Shown one piece after another: positions 39,396 through 49,612 of a stretch of 64,000 nt of DNA. Origin of the DNA: an uncultured Clostridium sp. (GTDB taxonomy: Bacteria; Bacillota; Clostridia; TANB77; CAG-508). The notes under the pieces are model-generated. The model was not told the origin of the DNA. It saw only the letters and a list, made by a program, of their open reading frames with translations, and searched no databases. Made by a program: the position numbers and the translations under genes. The stretch lies in the NCBI GenBank assembly GCA_947384775.1, contig CANDIF010000002.1, positions 42,215-106,214 on the forward strand. Direction: 5' to 3'. How positions within the stretch are numbered: the first letter of the stretch is position 1; every line of letters begins with the position of its first letter.

Positions 39396-40658
39396 TTAAA
39401 ACCTACTATAAATAAATTCATTTACATTAAATCCAATTCCGTATATTCCAAATGTCAAAACAATTAACCCCAAAGTACAAGCTATAGCTAGTTTTGCTGG
39501 GTTTGATATGTTTTTTGTTCTATCTAATATCTTGTTCTTATTTCCATCATAAATGAATAATATTATTGTAGATATACTTAATACAATCCAGTCTGCAAAG
39601 GTTATTCCTAAATTAAGAATATTACTGCAAACTTCAGCTATATTAAAGTTTGTAAAAACTGAAGCCATCATTTTTGTTGCATCTATACTATTGTTCCATA
39701 TGAAAAATGACCATAAAAATGATACTATTATAAAATTTATTAGTCTATTAAACCACTTAAACTTTGTATTATATTTGTCTCCCATTAATACAAATATTCC
39801 ATGTAAAATTCCCCATAGAATATAGTTTGCTCCATGCCATAATCCTGATACTGCAAATGTTATCAATACATTAATTGTTTTTCGTATTTTGCCACATCTG
39901 CTTCCTCCTAGAGGAATATATATGTAATCTCTAAGCCAAGAACTTAAAGATATATGCCATCTTCTCCAAAATTCTTTTATGTTTTGCGAATAATATGGTG
40001 AATCAAAGTTTTCTATTAAATCAATTCCAAGAATTTTAGATACTCCAAGAACTATATCTATTCCTCCGCTAAAATCACTATATAGTTCTATTGAATACAG
40101 CACCATTGCAAGTAATGCATATATTCCATTAAATCCACTACTTGTAATCGTTTCTATTATTATTGCTATTCTTCCTGCTATAATCAGCTTTTTAGACAAT
40201 CCCCACAATATTCGTATTCCACCATTGTATAGGTTGTTTATTGTTATTTTTCTTTTTGCAGTTATCTGCTTTTTCATGTCGTCATATCTTGATATTGGTC
40301 CTATAAATAAATGTGGTATATACATTATATATAATGCATAATTATATATACTTTTTTCACATTCATATTTTCCTTTATATACATCAACTAAATATGATAT
40401 TACTTGCAAAGTATAATACGATACTCCAAGTGGTGCTAAAATATTTATATTTGTATATGGCAAAAATTTTACTCCTACTAGTATTATGGAATTCACAACT
40501 ATTGTTCCAACTAGTACTAATTTCCTATTTTTGCTTTCTTGTTTTAGATATCTCGCAGCAATAAAGGTTGTTAGTAAACTAAAACCTATATATATGAAAT
40601 TTGATATTCCATAACCTGCATATATTATTACGCTTAGTATTAACAATAAAAAGTTCAA
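39396..40658 (-). CDS. MBOAT family O-acyltransferase (AlgI/DltB-like)
   Basis: Polytopic, with FWRRWHISLSSWLRDYIYIPLGG and the conserved His in SGLWHGA. I prefer the TTG 40658 start (AGGAGG RBS, no overlap) to the track start at 40742. Confidence 0.85.
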   Translation of the reverse strand: MNFLLLILSVIIYAGYGISNFIYIGFSLLTTFIAARYLKQESKNRKLVLVGTIVVNSIILVGVKFLPYTNINILAPLGVSYYTLQVISYLVDVYKGKYECEKSIYNYALYIMYIPHLFIGPISRYDDMKKQITAKRKITINNLYNGGIRILWGLSKKLIIAGRIAIIIETITSSGFNGIYALLAMVLYSIELYSDFSGGIDIVLGVSKILGIDLIENFDSPYYSQNIKEFWRRWHISLSSWLRDYIYIPLGGSRCGKIRKTINVLITFAVSGLWHGANYILWGILHGIFVLMGDKYNTKFKWFNRLINFIIVSFLWSFFIWNNSIDATKMMASVFTNFNIAEVCSNILNLGITFADWIVLSISTIILFIYDGNKNKILDRTKNISNPAKLAIACTLGLIVLTFGIYGIGFNVNEFIYSRF

Positions 40659-40668
40659 AATTTTCCTC

Positions 40669-42621
40669 CTAATCAGCTGCTGGCCAAGCTTCTCTATCCC
40701 AAGTTTTTTGATGCACTCCTGGATCTGCCAATTTTTGTTCATCTGTTAATAGCCCTAATGTATGGTTTGATGATGGAGTTCCATCAATGTGTCTCCACAC
40801 TCCATTTACATATACTAAATTCCAATAGTGACTTTGATCTTTTAAATATATTATTCTATTTTGATATCCTGCTTTTTCCAATGCTCTTTTTAATACACTA
40901 GCATGAACATAACAATTTCCCTTTCCTTCTGTTAGTCCATACCAAATAGGGTCATCCCCACCCCAATTTGAATTATATCTTATATGTTCTCTTACTGCAC
41001 TTGCTATCCCTACTGGGTCTTTTCCTGCACAATAATTATTATAAAATGCATCCATCTTTGCATTTGTATCTTCTTGATCATGATTTACTACAATCTTTCT
41101 TTTGGCTGTTGTTGTATTTCCCTTTGTGTCTTTTGATGTATATGTTGCATAATATGTTCCTGCTGATGAAGTATTTACATTACTACTATCTACTGTGACT
41201 TCACATTTTCCATCCTTTTTATCGTTTGCAGAAACCCCTGAATAATAGTCTATAGTTGAATACTTTGCAACTTGAATATCCTTAATTCCAGATATAACTG
41301 GTCCGTCAGTATCTTTTTTTATTGTTAATATTGCTGTCTTCTCTGTTTTATTTCCATTTACATCAACTGCTTCTATTACTATTTCTTGTGTTCCTACTAT
41401 ACCATATTTTATTTCTGTCTTTAATGTTGTTGTTGGCTCTCCTGATATATCCGATACTTCTGTTATAAAATTTTTATAATTATTTACTTTTTCATCATCA
41501 TATATTGTTATATCTTTTAGTTCCAGTACTGGTGGTGTTGTATCTTGTACTTTTACTTTTGTTTCATACTGTATACCATCTTTTTCTGTTTTTACTATAT
41601 ATTCTCCAAGTACTAATGTATTTACATTTGCCAAGTCTTCTTTTGAAACATTTTCTCCATATTCTTCTACATTAAATACTAAATCACTTGCTGATATTTC
41701 TCCACCAAGTTCTATTTCCACTTCAGATTTTATCCATGTAATTGTTAATATACATTTTTTTGTTGTTTCATTTCCATATTTATCTTTAACTTTTACTTCT
41801 ACTTCATAGTCTTTAAATTCTGTAAGTTCTGGTACTGTTCCTATTTCTACAATCATTTCTGATTCATCTTTTTTATCTATTATAAAATCTTCAGGATTTA
41901 TTTCATAATCTATGTATTTAACTATATTTCTAAAATTTACTTCTGGTGGTATTGTATCTGCTATTTTTAATTTTACTGTTTCTTCTTTATTTCTATATTT
42001 TAGCGTTATATCATATTCTCCGACTTGAGATAAATCTATTGTAGCAATATCTGTTACAAATTCTGCTTTGTTTTTATATATTTTATTTGTCACAAAATTT
42101 TCTGCTTTTATTTCTTTAGTTCCAAGCTCAATTTGTATATTTTTAAATTTAGGACTAATTATTAAATATGTTAAAGCTCCTATACTCGCAAGTATAATAA
42201 TTCCAATCATTATTGCTAATTTTATTACTGTTTTTTTATTAACTTTGTGTTCTTTCTTATTTGTTTTTTTATTTTTTCTTTTAGTCTCTCCTCTTTTGTT
42301 TTCATTTTCCTTTTTAGTTTGAGCATGCTTATTTTTTGTTTTCTCTTTCTTTTCTTTTGGTTTAGTTTTTGTCCCTCCTGTGTTTTTAGTTTGATTAGTT
42401 TCATTTTTCTCTTTGATGTTTTGTTCTTTTTCGTTTATTTGTTTTTTATTTGTTTTCTCTGTTTGTTTTATTGTTTCTTTTTCCTCTATAATTTCTTCTT
42501 TTTTTATTGTCACTTGTTTTGTTTGCTTGTTTTGCTTATTATTAATTTTTGATGTATTATTATATCTTTTTTTACTATTGGATTTCTTGCTACTTTTCCC
42601 TTTTTTTCTTTTCTTTTTCAT
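40669..42621 (-). CDS. membrane-anchored protein: Lys-rich cytoplasmic tail, Ig-like repeats, C-terminal transglutaminase-like cysteine protease domain
   Basis: 650 aa. Putative Cys-His-Asp triad in GKGNCYVHA / SHYWNLV / RHIDGT. Confidence 0.65.
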   Translation of the reverse strand: MKKKRKKGKSSKKSNSKKRYNNTSKINNKQNKQTKQVTIKKEEIIEEKETIKQTEKTNKKQINEKEQNIKEKNETNQTKNTGGTKTKPKEKKEKTKNKHAQTKKENENKRGETKRKNKKTNKKEHKVNKKTVIKLAIMIGIIILASIGALTYLIISPKFKNIQIELGTKEIKAENFVTNKIYKNKAEFVTDIATIDLSQVGEYDITLKYRNKEETVKLKIADTIPPEVNFRNIVKYIDYEINPEDFIIDKKDESEMIVEIGTVPELTEFKDYEVEVKVKDKYGNETTKKCILTITWIKSEVEIELGGEISASDLVFNVEEYGENVSKEDLANVNTLVLGEYIVKTEKDGIQYETKVKVQDTTPPVLELKDITIYDDEKVNNYKNFITEVSDISGEPTTTLKTEIKYGIVGTQEIVIEAVDVNGNKTEKTAILTIKKDTDGPVISGIKDIQVAKYSTIDYYSGVSANDKKDGKCEVTVDSSNVNTSSAGTYYATYTSKDTKGNTTTAKRKIVVNHDQEDTNAKMDAFYNNYCAGKDPVGIASAVREHIRYNSNWGGDDPIWYGLTEGKGNCYVHASVLKRALEKAGYQNRIIYLKDQSHYWNLVYVNGVWRHIDGTPSSNHTLGLLTDEQKLADPGVHQKTWDREAWPAAD

Positions 42622-42652
42622 TTAAGTCAATCACCTTTCTTGTGTTATATTT

Positions 42653-43171
42653 TTATTTTGTGATTAAAGTATATTCAATTGCTGTTATTACGTCGCTCTC
42701 AATAATAAAAGATAATTCTACATTATTATTTGTATATATATATTTATTTCCTAGTTCTTGTTTATAATTTGTTCCATATTTTTCAATCATTTTGTCTTTT
42801 GTATCTGTAACTTTTACACCTTCTGGAGTTTCCATTGTATCGTCATCAAAGTATACTGAATACACTGTGTCTTCACCATTTACAGATGCTACTATAATTT
42901 CAAAATTTTCATATGTGTATACTTTATCTACTCCGTTAAATGCACAACTGGGTATCTCTGATAAATTTGATTCTTCTCCAATTTTTTCTTCACTAAATTC
43001 TTTTCCTGGTGTAATATCTACTTCTTTATATTTTACTGAAAATGTAGATTGATCAGCATTTGTTTCTTTTGCATTATTATCGCTATTTTTCTTGCCTCCA
43101 AAACAAACTATTCCCACTATTCCTACTATTATTAAAATTGCTATTATTACAAATATAATCTTTTTATTCAT
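42653..43171 (-). CDS. membrane-anchored hypothetical protein
   Basis: 172 aa with an N-terminal TM and a GGAG RBS. Confidence 0.5.
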   Translation of the reverse strand: MNKKIIFVIIAILIIVGIVGIVCFGGKKNSDNNAKETNADQSTFSVKYKEVDITPGKEFSEEKIGEESNLSEIPSCAFNGVDKVYTYENFEIIVASVNGEDTVYSVYFDDDTMETPEGVKVTDTKDKMIEKYGTNYKQELGNKYIYTNNNVELSFIIESDVITAIEYTLITK

Positions 43172-43283
43172 ATCTTTTCTCCTTTTTTTTTTTTTACATT
43201 AATGTAATTATAATAACAATTTTTATATGTTTTTTCAATAATTTTTTCATATTTTTCTTATTTATTTTTTGGTATTTTGTTAA

Positions 43284-43976
43284 TTATTTTCCTTTTTCTA
43301 ACTGTTTATTACATTTTTCTTCTGATTGTTTAAAACTCAAATACCAACTCATTCCATTTTTGTCTTTTTCTATCTCTTCTACTCTTCTTTGCAGATCTTT
43401 AAATGTGGTTGGAGCAGGTTTTATTATTGGTTGCCCTGGAACCCAATTTGCTGGGGTTGATGCTTTATTACAATCTGCTACTTGTAGAGCCTCTACAACT
43501 CTTATTATTTCTGGAATCCATCTTCCTATATTTAATGGATAAATAAAAATTGTTCTTACTATTCCTTTATCATCTATTATAAAAACATTTCTTACCGTCT
43601 CTGTTGTACTTACATCATTTGATATCATTCCATATTTTCTTGCTATTTCTCCGCTTCTATCTGCTATAACCGGAAAAGGAACCTCAATTCCTGTTTTTTG
43701 TAAAATATTATAAAGCCAAGCTAAATGTGAACTATTGCTATCAACACTTAGTCCTATTAATTGTGTATTTAGGTTTTCAAAATATTTATTTGCTTGTGAA
43801 AACGCTATAAACTCAGTAGTACACACAGGCGTAAAATCTCCAGGATGTGAAAATAAAACTACCCACTTTCCTTTATAATCACTTAAACTTATTTTTCCGT
43901 TCGTTGATGTTGCTTCAAACTCTGGAGCATATTGTCCTATTTTTACAATACCATTCATCATAATTTCATAGTCCAT
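43284..43976 (-). CDS. peroxiredoxin
   Basis: 230 aa. FSHPGDFTPVCTTE active-site motif. Confidence 0.9.
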   Translation of the reverse strand: MDYEIMMNGIVKIGQYAPEFEATSTNGKISLSDYKGKWVVLFSHPGDFTPVCTTEFIAFSQANKYFENLNTQLIGLSVDSNSSHLAWLYNILQKTGIEVPFPVIADRSGEIARKYGMISNDVSTTETVRNVFIIDDKGIVRTIFIYPLNIGRWIPEIIRVVEALQVADCNKASTPANWVPGQPIIKPAPTTFKDLQRRVEEIEKDKNGMSWYLSFKQSEEKCNKQLEKGK

Positions 43977-44109
43977 AAAAAAACTCCTTTCATATTTTTA
44001 TATTTTATGAAAGCAGTATTTTTTTTGTGTTTGTCTCAATTGTCTGTTGTATTGACCTTAATTTAAATTAGTTATATAATAAAAAGAAATTCAAATTGGA
44101 GGAAATTTT

Positions 44110-44673
44110 ATGAAAAATGCTTTTATTATTCATGGATTTAATGGAGATACAACAGGAACTTTTGGTCCTTATTTAAAAGAAGAATTTGAGAAAAGAAATT
44201 ATAGTGTAATTATGCCTAACTTTCCTATTAGAACTGAGGCAAGTTATCTGGCTTGGGCTTCTATTTTAGATAATTATAAAGATTTATTTAATGAAGAAAC
44301 TATAGTAGTTTGCCATTCTATTGGAAACCCTTTCTTTATACGATACATATGTGAGAACAACCTAAAATGTAAACTATATGTGAGTGTTGCTGGTTTTTGC
44401 AAAGTTTTTACTGTTCCTGAACGTGAAGATTTGAACAATGCTTTTATTGATTTTAAAGTTAGTTCTGATAATATTAATTACTGTAAAAATAATATTGAAC
44501 ACAGATATTCTTTATATAGTGATAATGACCATGTTATTCCTTTTGATATTTTGGAAGATTTCTTCAAAGAATTAAATTCAACACCTGTATTTATTCCTGG
44601 TGTTGGTCATATGGGCAACAGAAACCATATTCATGAATTGCCACAGATTGTAGAGATAGTAGATAATATATAG
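44110..44673 (+). CDS. alpha/beta hydrolase, YdeN/RBBP9-like
   Basis: 187 aa. IIHGFNG..., nucleophile elbow CHSIG. Confidence 0.65.
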   Translation: MKNAFIIHGFNGDTTGTFGPYLKEEFEKRNYSVIMPNFPIRTEASYLAWASILDNYKDLFNEETIVVCHSIGNPFFIRYICENNLKCKLYVSVAGFCKVFTVPEREDLNNAFIDFKVSSDNINYCKNNIEHRYSLYSDNDHVIPFDILEDFFKELNSTPVFIPGVGHMGNRNHIHELPQIVEIVDNI

Positions 44674-44727
44674 TTTTATTGTACCTAAAAAAATCCGATC
44701 CATCAAGATGGAACGGATTTTTTAATA

Positions 44728-45549
44728 TTAAATTCTTGCTATATATTCTTTCATAATTTCTTTAAAGTCTACTTTTACTCTTTGTGCTGTGTTTTTTACA
44801 TCATCATATGATAATTCTTCGTCTAAAACTCCTGCTGCCATATTTGTTATACAAGATACTGCTACATTTTTTATTCCACAATGATGTGCTATTATTGCTT
44901 CTGGTACTGTTGACATTCCAACTGCGTCTGCTCCCATGGTTCTTAATGCTCTTATTTCTGCTGGACTTTCAAATGTAGGTCCTTTCATATATGCATATAC
45001 TCCTTCTTGCACTACTCCTACTTTTTCTTTTATTACTTCTTTCATCTTTTTGCTTAATTCTTTATCAAATGTGTCGTTCATGCTTGGAAATCTATCTCCA
45101 AATTCATCTATGTTCGCTCCTCTTAATACTGATTCTGCAAAAAAGCTTAGATAATCATCTATTACCATGAAGTCTCCTGCTTTATAACTTGTATTTATTC
45201 CTCCTGCTGCATTTGTTATTATTAATGTTTCTATTCCTAATAGTTTAAATACTCTTTCTGGAAATGTTGTTTCTTTTAAATCATATCCTTCATAATAATG
45301 GAATCTTCCATTCATTGCTATAATTTCTTTTCCTCTGATTTTTCCGATTATTAATTCTCCTGCATGTCCTTCTACTGTAGATACAGGAAAGTTTGGAATT
45401 TCTTTATAGTTTATGATGATTTTATCTTCTATGTCGTCACTTATAACTCCTAATCCAGAACCTAATATTATAGCTATTTTAGGACTTCTTGTTCCTATTT
45501 TCTCCTTTATATAATTTGCACTTTTTATATAATCTTCATATTTAAACAT
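44728..45549 (-). CDS. punA: purine nucleoside phosphorylase (trimeric PNP family)
   Basis: 273 aa. ILGSGLG, GRFHYYEGY, and VGMSTVPE motifs. Confidence 0.9.
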   Translation of the reverse strand: MFKYEDYIKSANYIKEKIGTRSPKIAIILGSGLGVISDDIEDKIIINYKEIPNFPVSTVEGHAGELIIGKIRGKEIIAMNGRFHYYEGYDLKETTFPERVFKLLGIETLIITNAAGGINTSYKAGDFMVIDDYLSFFAESVLRGANIDEFGDRFPSMNDTFDKELSKKMKEVIKEKVGVVQEGVYAYMKGPTFESPAEIRALRTMGADAVGMSTVPEAIIAHHCGIKNVAVSCITNMAAGVLDEELSYDDVKNTAQRVKVDFKEIMKEYIARI

Positions 45550-45642
45550 ATAATCCTCCTAATAGTAATTTTCTTGGAAGTGTGGGGTGCTGTGGACAGC
45601 GACCCACCTATAATTTTTTTCATAAATTAATTTGTACTATCT

Positions 45643-47127
45643 TTAATCTTCTCTTCCATCTCCTCTTTTATCGTCTATAAATTCTTTTTCAAAAACATCT
45701 TTGTCTTCATAATAGTGGTAAATAACTGTTCCATTTTTGTCTTTTACTGTGAATTCATTATCTGGATTTATATAAATGTATCTTTGACTTCCATCTGGAT
45801 ATGGAATTGTTAAGCTTGTAACCTCTCCATCTGTTCCTTTTATTGAATCTGCTAATTTTTGAGTTTGTATTCTTCTTTCTTCTGGAGATAAATTTGGATT
45901 TAACATAGCAGCTCTTTCATTTAACATTTTTGAACCTAATGGGTGGAATACTAATGGTAAAGCATTTCCTCTATCACATAGCCTTAGCAATAAATCTGAT
46001 GGCTTCTCAGATTTTGCAAGATTTGCATAATTTCTCACTTCTTCTAAATAAGATGTAGGTAATTTTACATATGAATTTGGTTTAGTTGAAAATGCATATG
46101 CTTTATCCCCACATTCTAGTACACAAAATCTAAGTTTATTTGATGCTTCTATATTATCATAGTCAAGAATATCTTTTAGTTTAGAATTTTCAGGAACTTC
46201 ACTTGCTTTTGCAAAACAGTCATATCTTGTAAGTTTTTTATATTCCTCTGGTGATAATACTTTTGCAAGTACCAATCTACTATAATACATTACAAAATCT
46301 GTATGTCCTGTTATATCCATTCTTTCATTAAAATAGTTAAATATCCAGTCTAATTTTTGTTCTAAAATTTGATCATCTGACATTTCATTATATCTTTGTG
46401 CTATTTCTTCATGTATTCTTCTCTTTTCTTCATCTGTTAAAATTTGTCCTGCTTTTTCTCTATCTGAAATTGCTTGAGCATAAGTATTTTCAGTCATAAC
46501 TTCTCTAAAATTCTCAAATTCTACTTTTATTTGTTCTGTTACATCATCCATGTACATTCCAAATTTTTTGTATCCTAAATTCTCGTCAATTTTTCCCATT
46601 GTATCTTCATCTAAGAAGCTTATATTAGCTAAGCTTTTTCCATCTGTTGTTAGTTCTCCTTCAAACTTTTTATATCGTCTTTCATAATAAGCTTTTGATG
46701 CAAAGTCTGGTGTTTTCATTCCTGTTTGTACATTTTCCATGTCTTCTAAATAGTTTATTATGTATTGTTTTCCTGATTTTGTTGTTAGTAATACATCTGT
46801 ATGTCTAAACATATCTGTATCACAAGATAACGTTTGTGCATTTAAACCATTTTCTCTTAAGATACTTACTACCATTTCACAAAGAGGTTTGCAGACTACT
46901 GAGATTGCTTTTGATTTTTCTGAAATGGTTTTTTCTAATTTTTCTTGATTCATTGGTTGATTGTATGCTTGTGCTTTTTTGGGAATATTTGCACCTGCAT
47001 AAAAGAAGTTAATGTTTCTTCTTAATAGTGGTAACATTTCTACTTCTAATTTTCTTGCTATTGCAAGTTCTTGTTCTTCTTCATTTAGTCCTTGTTTTTC
47101 TTTTTCTGATAATTCTACTTTTATCAT
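45643..47127 (-). CDS. hypothetical protein
   Basis: 494-aa ORF with native AT-rich codon usage. No motif recognised. Confidence 0.5.
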   Translation of the reverse strand: MIKVELSEKEKQGLNEEEQELAIARKLEVEMLPLLRRNINFFYAGANIPKKAQAYNQPMNQEKLEKTISEKSKAISVVCKPLCEMVVSILRENGLNAQTLSCDTDMFRHTDVLLTTKSGKQYIINYLEDMENVQTGMKTPDFASKAYYERRYKKFEGELTTDGKSLANISFLDEDTMGKIDENLGYKKFGMYMDDVTEQIKVEFENFREVMTENTYAQAISDREKAGQILTDEEKRRIHEEIAQRYNEMSDDQILEQKLDWIFNYFNERMDITGHTDFVMYYSRLVLAKVLSPEEYKKLTRYDCFAKASEVPENSKLKDILDYDNIEASNKLRFCVLECGDKAYAFSTKPNSYVKLPTSYLEEVRNYANLAKSEKPSDLLLRLCDRGNALPLVFHPLGSKMLNERAAMLNPNLSPEERRIQTQKLADSIKGTDGEVTSLTIPYPDGSQRYIYINPDNEFTVKDKNGTVIYHYYEDKDVFEKEFIDDKRGDGRED

Positions 47128-47274
47128 AGCATACCTCCTTTTTTTATTTTAACATATATTGGTTTTATTGTAAATATTATCTAACATTATGTATTTTTTA
47201 ATTTTTACTTTTTACATAAACTATGTTATAATTACATTATCACCTGGATTTTCCAGTATTAGGAGGACAGTAAA

Positions 47275-47697
47275 ATGTCTCTACAAACTGAATTAGCTGA
47301 AGATCGACGCTACATATCAGAAATCATGTGCGAAGATCATGTTCCCCGTACTCTCAGAGAAGCTGCTATCGATATCCTTCGTACTATCATTGCTCCTACT
47401 TTTAGAGCAATGCATTACGAACCGCAGTATCGGCAAGCTGTTTCTTTGGGATTTGCAATCGATTTTAGCAAAGCCTCATTTTACCGCACTCTTGCCTCTT
47501 CGAGATGGGATTTTTCTGGTTTGAGTGCCAATAAACAATTTAACTTTTTCAAGGCATACCCATATCCCGCTGATTTCGACAAATTCCAGCTTTGGCAAGA
47601 AGTTCAAAAGGTTGCACGTGAGGATGAGTGGCAAATTGACAGTGACCCCCTTTACCCTGGCGACACACTGCTTTATCTGTCACTTTACCTTCAGTAA
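47275..47697 (+). CDS. hypothetical soluble protein (GC-rich cassette F)
   Basis: 140 aa with an AGGAGG RBS, a TGtTATAAT extended -10 at 47224-47232, and a GC-rich terminator at 47712-47750. Much higher G+C than the flanks. Confidence 0.55.
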   Translation: MSLQTELAEDRRYISEIMCEDHVPRTLREAAIDILRTIIAPTFRAMHYEPQYRQAVSLGFAIDFSKASFYRTLASSRWDFSGLSANKQFNFFKAYPYPADFDKFQLWQEVQKVAREDEWQIDSDPLYPGDTLLYLSLYLQ

Positions 47698-47753
47698 TTC
47701 AGCAACAAAGGCAGTGACACTGGCAACAATAGTTGCTAGTGTCACTGTCTTTT

Positions 47754-48779
47754 CTATTGATTTACTGCTTTTTCTGCATATTTATTATTTACAATATCTT
47801 CATAGCTTGCTCTTGTTTCTAATTCTCCTGCTTCTTGCATTACATCCTGTAATTTTTCAAATGATTCTTTTGTTAGTATTGGATTTTGATTCCATGCATC
47901 TATATCTTTGTATCTTTGTATTGAGCTTTCTAACATGCTTATATCTGTGCTTGGGAAAAAGCTTGAAACTTTTTCTGCAATTTCTTTTGCTGAGTGTTCT
48001 TCTACCCATTTTTGTCCTTTATATACAGCATTTGTGAAATTTTGTATTAACTCTTCGTTTTCTGCTATATAACTTTTTTTAGCAAAATAAGCTGTGTATG
48101 GTATATCTCCTGCTTCTTCTCCTATTGAGGCTACAATGTATCCTGCTCCTTGCTTTTCTGTCATTGATGCTGTTGGTTCAAATAGAGTTACATATTCTGC
48201 ATCTCCTCCTGCAAATGCACCTGCCATTAAATCAAAGCTTATACTATCATCTAAGTTCATATCTGTGCTTGGATTAAATCCCTTTTGTTTTAATACATAT
48301 TCAAATGTCATATATGGTACTCCACCTTTTCTTCCTGGAATTATTGTTTTTCCCTTTAAATCTGACCATTCGAATTCTTTTTCATTTGTTTTACTAACTA
48401 AAAATGAACCATCTTTTTTAGTCATTTGTGCAAATACTTGCATATAATCTGTTTTTCCTTCATTATAAACATATATTGAAGCTTCTGGTCCTGCAAAACC
48501 TATATCACTTTGACCTGCTAAAACTGCTGTCATAACTTTATCTGCTCCTTGACCAGTTGTTAATTCTACATTTATTCCATTTTCTTCAAAGTATCCTAAT
48601 GCAATAGCTACATATTGTGGTGAATAGAAAACTGAACGTGTAACTTCATTTACCTTTACTACTGTCATTTCCTTATTGTTTACATCTTGTTTTTTATTGT
48701 TTTTGTTAATAAGTACAGCTGTAATTATTCCTGTAATTATTAATACAACAATGACTCCTATAATTAATGCCCTTCTCAC
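47754..48779 (-). CDS. ABC transporter substrate-binding protein (NMT1/THI5-like, NitT/TauT family)
   Basis: N-terminal TM/signal anchor, then an SBP fold. I prefer the GTG 48779 start (AGGAGG 7 nt upstream) to the TTG at 48803. Confidence 0.75.
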   Translation of the reverse strand: MRRALIIGVIVVLIITGIITAVLINKNNKKQDVNNKEMTVVKVNEVTRSVFYSPQYVAIALGYFEENGINVELTTGQGADKVMTAVLAGQSDIGFAGPEASIYVYNEGKTDYMQVFAQMTKKDGSFLVSKTNEKEFEWSDLKGKTIIPGRKGGVPYMTFEYVLKQKGFNPSTDMNLDDSISFDLMAGAFAGGDAEYVTLFEPTASMTEKQGAGYIVASIGEEAGDIPYTAYFAKKSYIAENEELIQNFTNAVYKGQKWVEEHSAKEIAEKVSSFFPSTDISMLESSIQRYKDIDAWNQNPILTKESFEKLQDVMQEAGELETRASYEDIVNNKYAEKAVNQ

Positions 48780-48792
48780 AAAGTCTTCCTCC

Positions 48793-49612
48793 TTAATTTC
48801 CAAATTTGTGTGTTTTTAATACTAGTTTTTCTAATAGTATAACTGCCCCATATAGAATAGTTGATACTAATGCTAGTATTATTACACCAGTCATTACTAA
48901 ATCTAGCTTAAATACTTGACCTCCATATACTATCAAATAACCGAAGTCCTGCTTTTGATACCAAAAATTCTCCTGTTATTACTCCTACTAAGGATAATCC
49001 AATATTTATCTTTAGTGAATTAATAAAAGTAGCAATATTAGCTGGTATCACTATTTTTGTTAGTAATTGTATTTTTGTACAATTAAAGGTTTGTGCCATC
49101 TTTATTTTTTCTTTATCTGTTTCTAGAAATCCATTTAAAATTTCCATTATCGTTACAACTAAAGAAATTGCAACTGCCATTACAATTATTGCATTTGTTC
49201 CAGCACCTACCCAAACAATTATTATTGGTCCTAGTGCAACTTTAGGCAAACTATTTAAAACTACCAAAAATGGCTCTGCAACTTTGCTTAAAAAATCGGA
49301 CCACCATAATATTATTGCAATAAATATTCCTAAAATAATTCCCACTGAAAAACCTATAATTGTTTCTGTACATGTTACTTTTAAATGTCTCCATAGGTCA
49401 TTTGATGATAAGTTTATAAATGTTTTTAAGATTTCACTTGGTTTACTTGTTATAAAGCTATCTATTATTTCTTTATTTGCTAATATTTCCCACAATACAA
49501 TAAATAGAAATAATATACCTACTTGAGTTAAAACAACAGAAACTTTTTTTATAAGTATCTTTCTTAAATATTTTTTTCTATCTTCTGATAGAGTTTCTTT
49601 ATGCATTAACAT
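48793..49612 (-). CDS. ABC transporter permease (NitT/TauT family), frame interrupted (+1 needed at CGG 48943)
   Basis: The 0 frame ends ...GEFLVSKAGLRLFDSIWRSSI*. Skipping C 48943 gives ...SKAGLGYLIVYGGQVFKLDLVMTGVIILALVSTILYGAVILLEKLVLKTHKFGN*, the canonical end of this permease family. Confidence 0.85.

Noticed and set aside
40659-40742. The N-terminal 28 codons of the MBOAT track ORF, which overlap the upstream gene by 74 nt.
   Set aside because: An in-frame TTG at 40658 with an AGGAGG RBS gives a typical MBOAT N-terminus (MNFLLLILSV...) without overlap.
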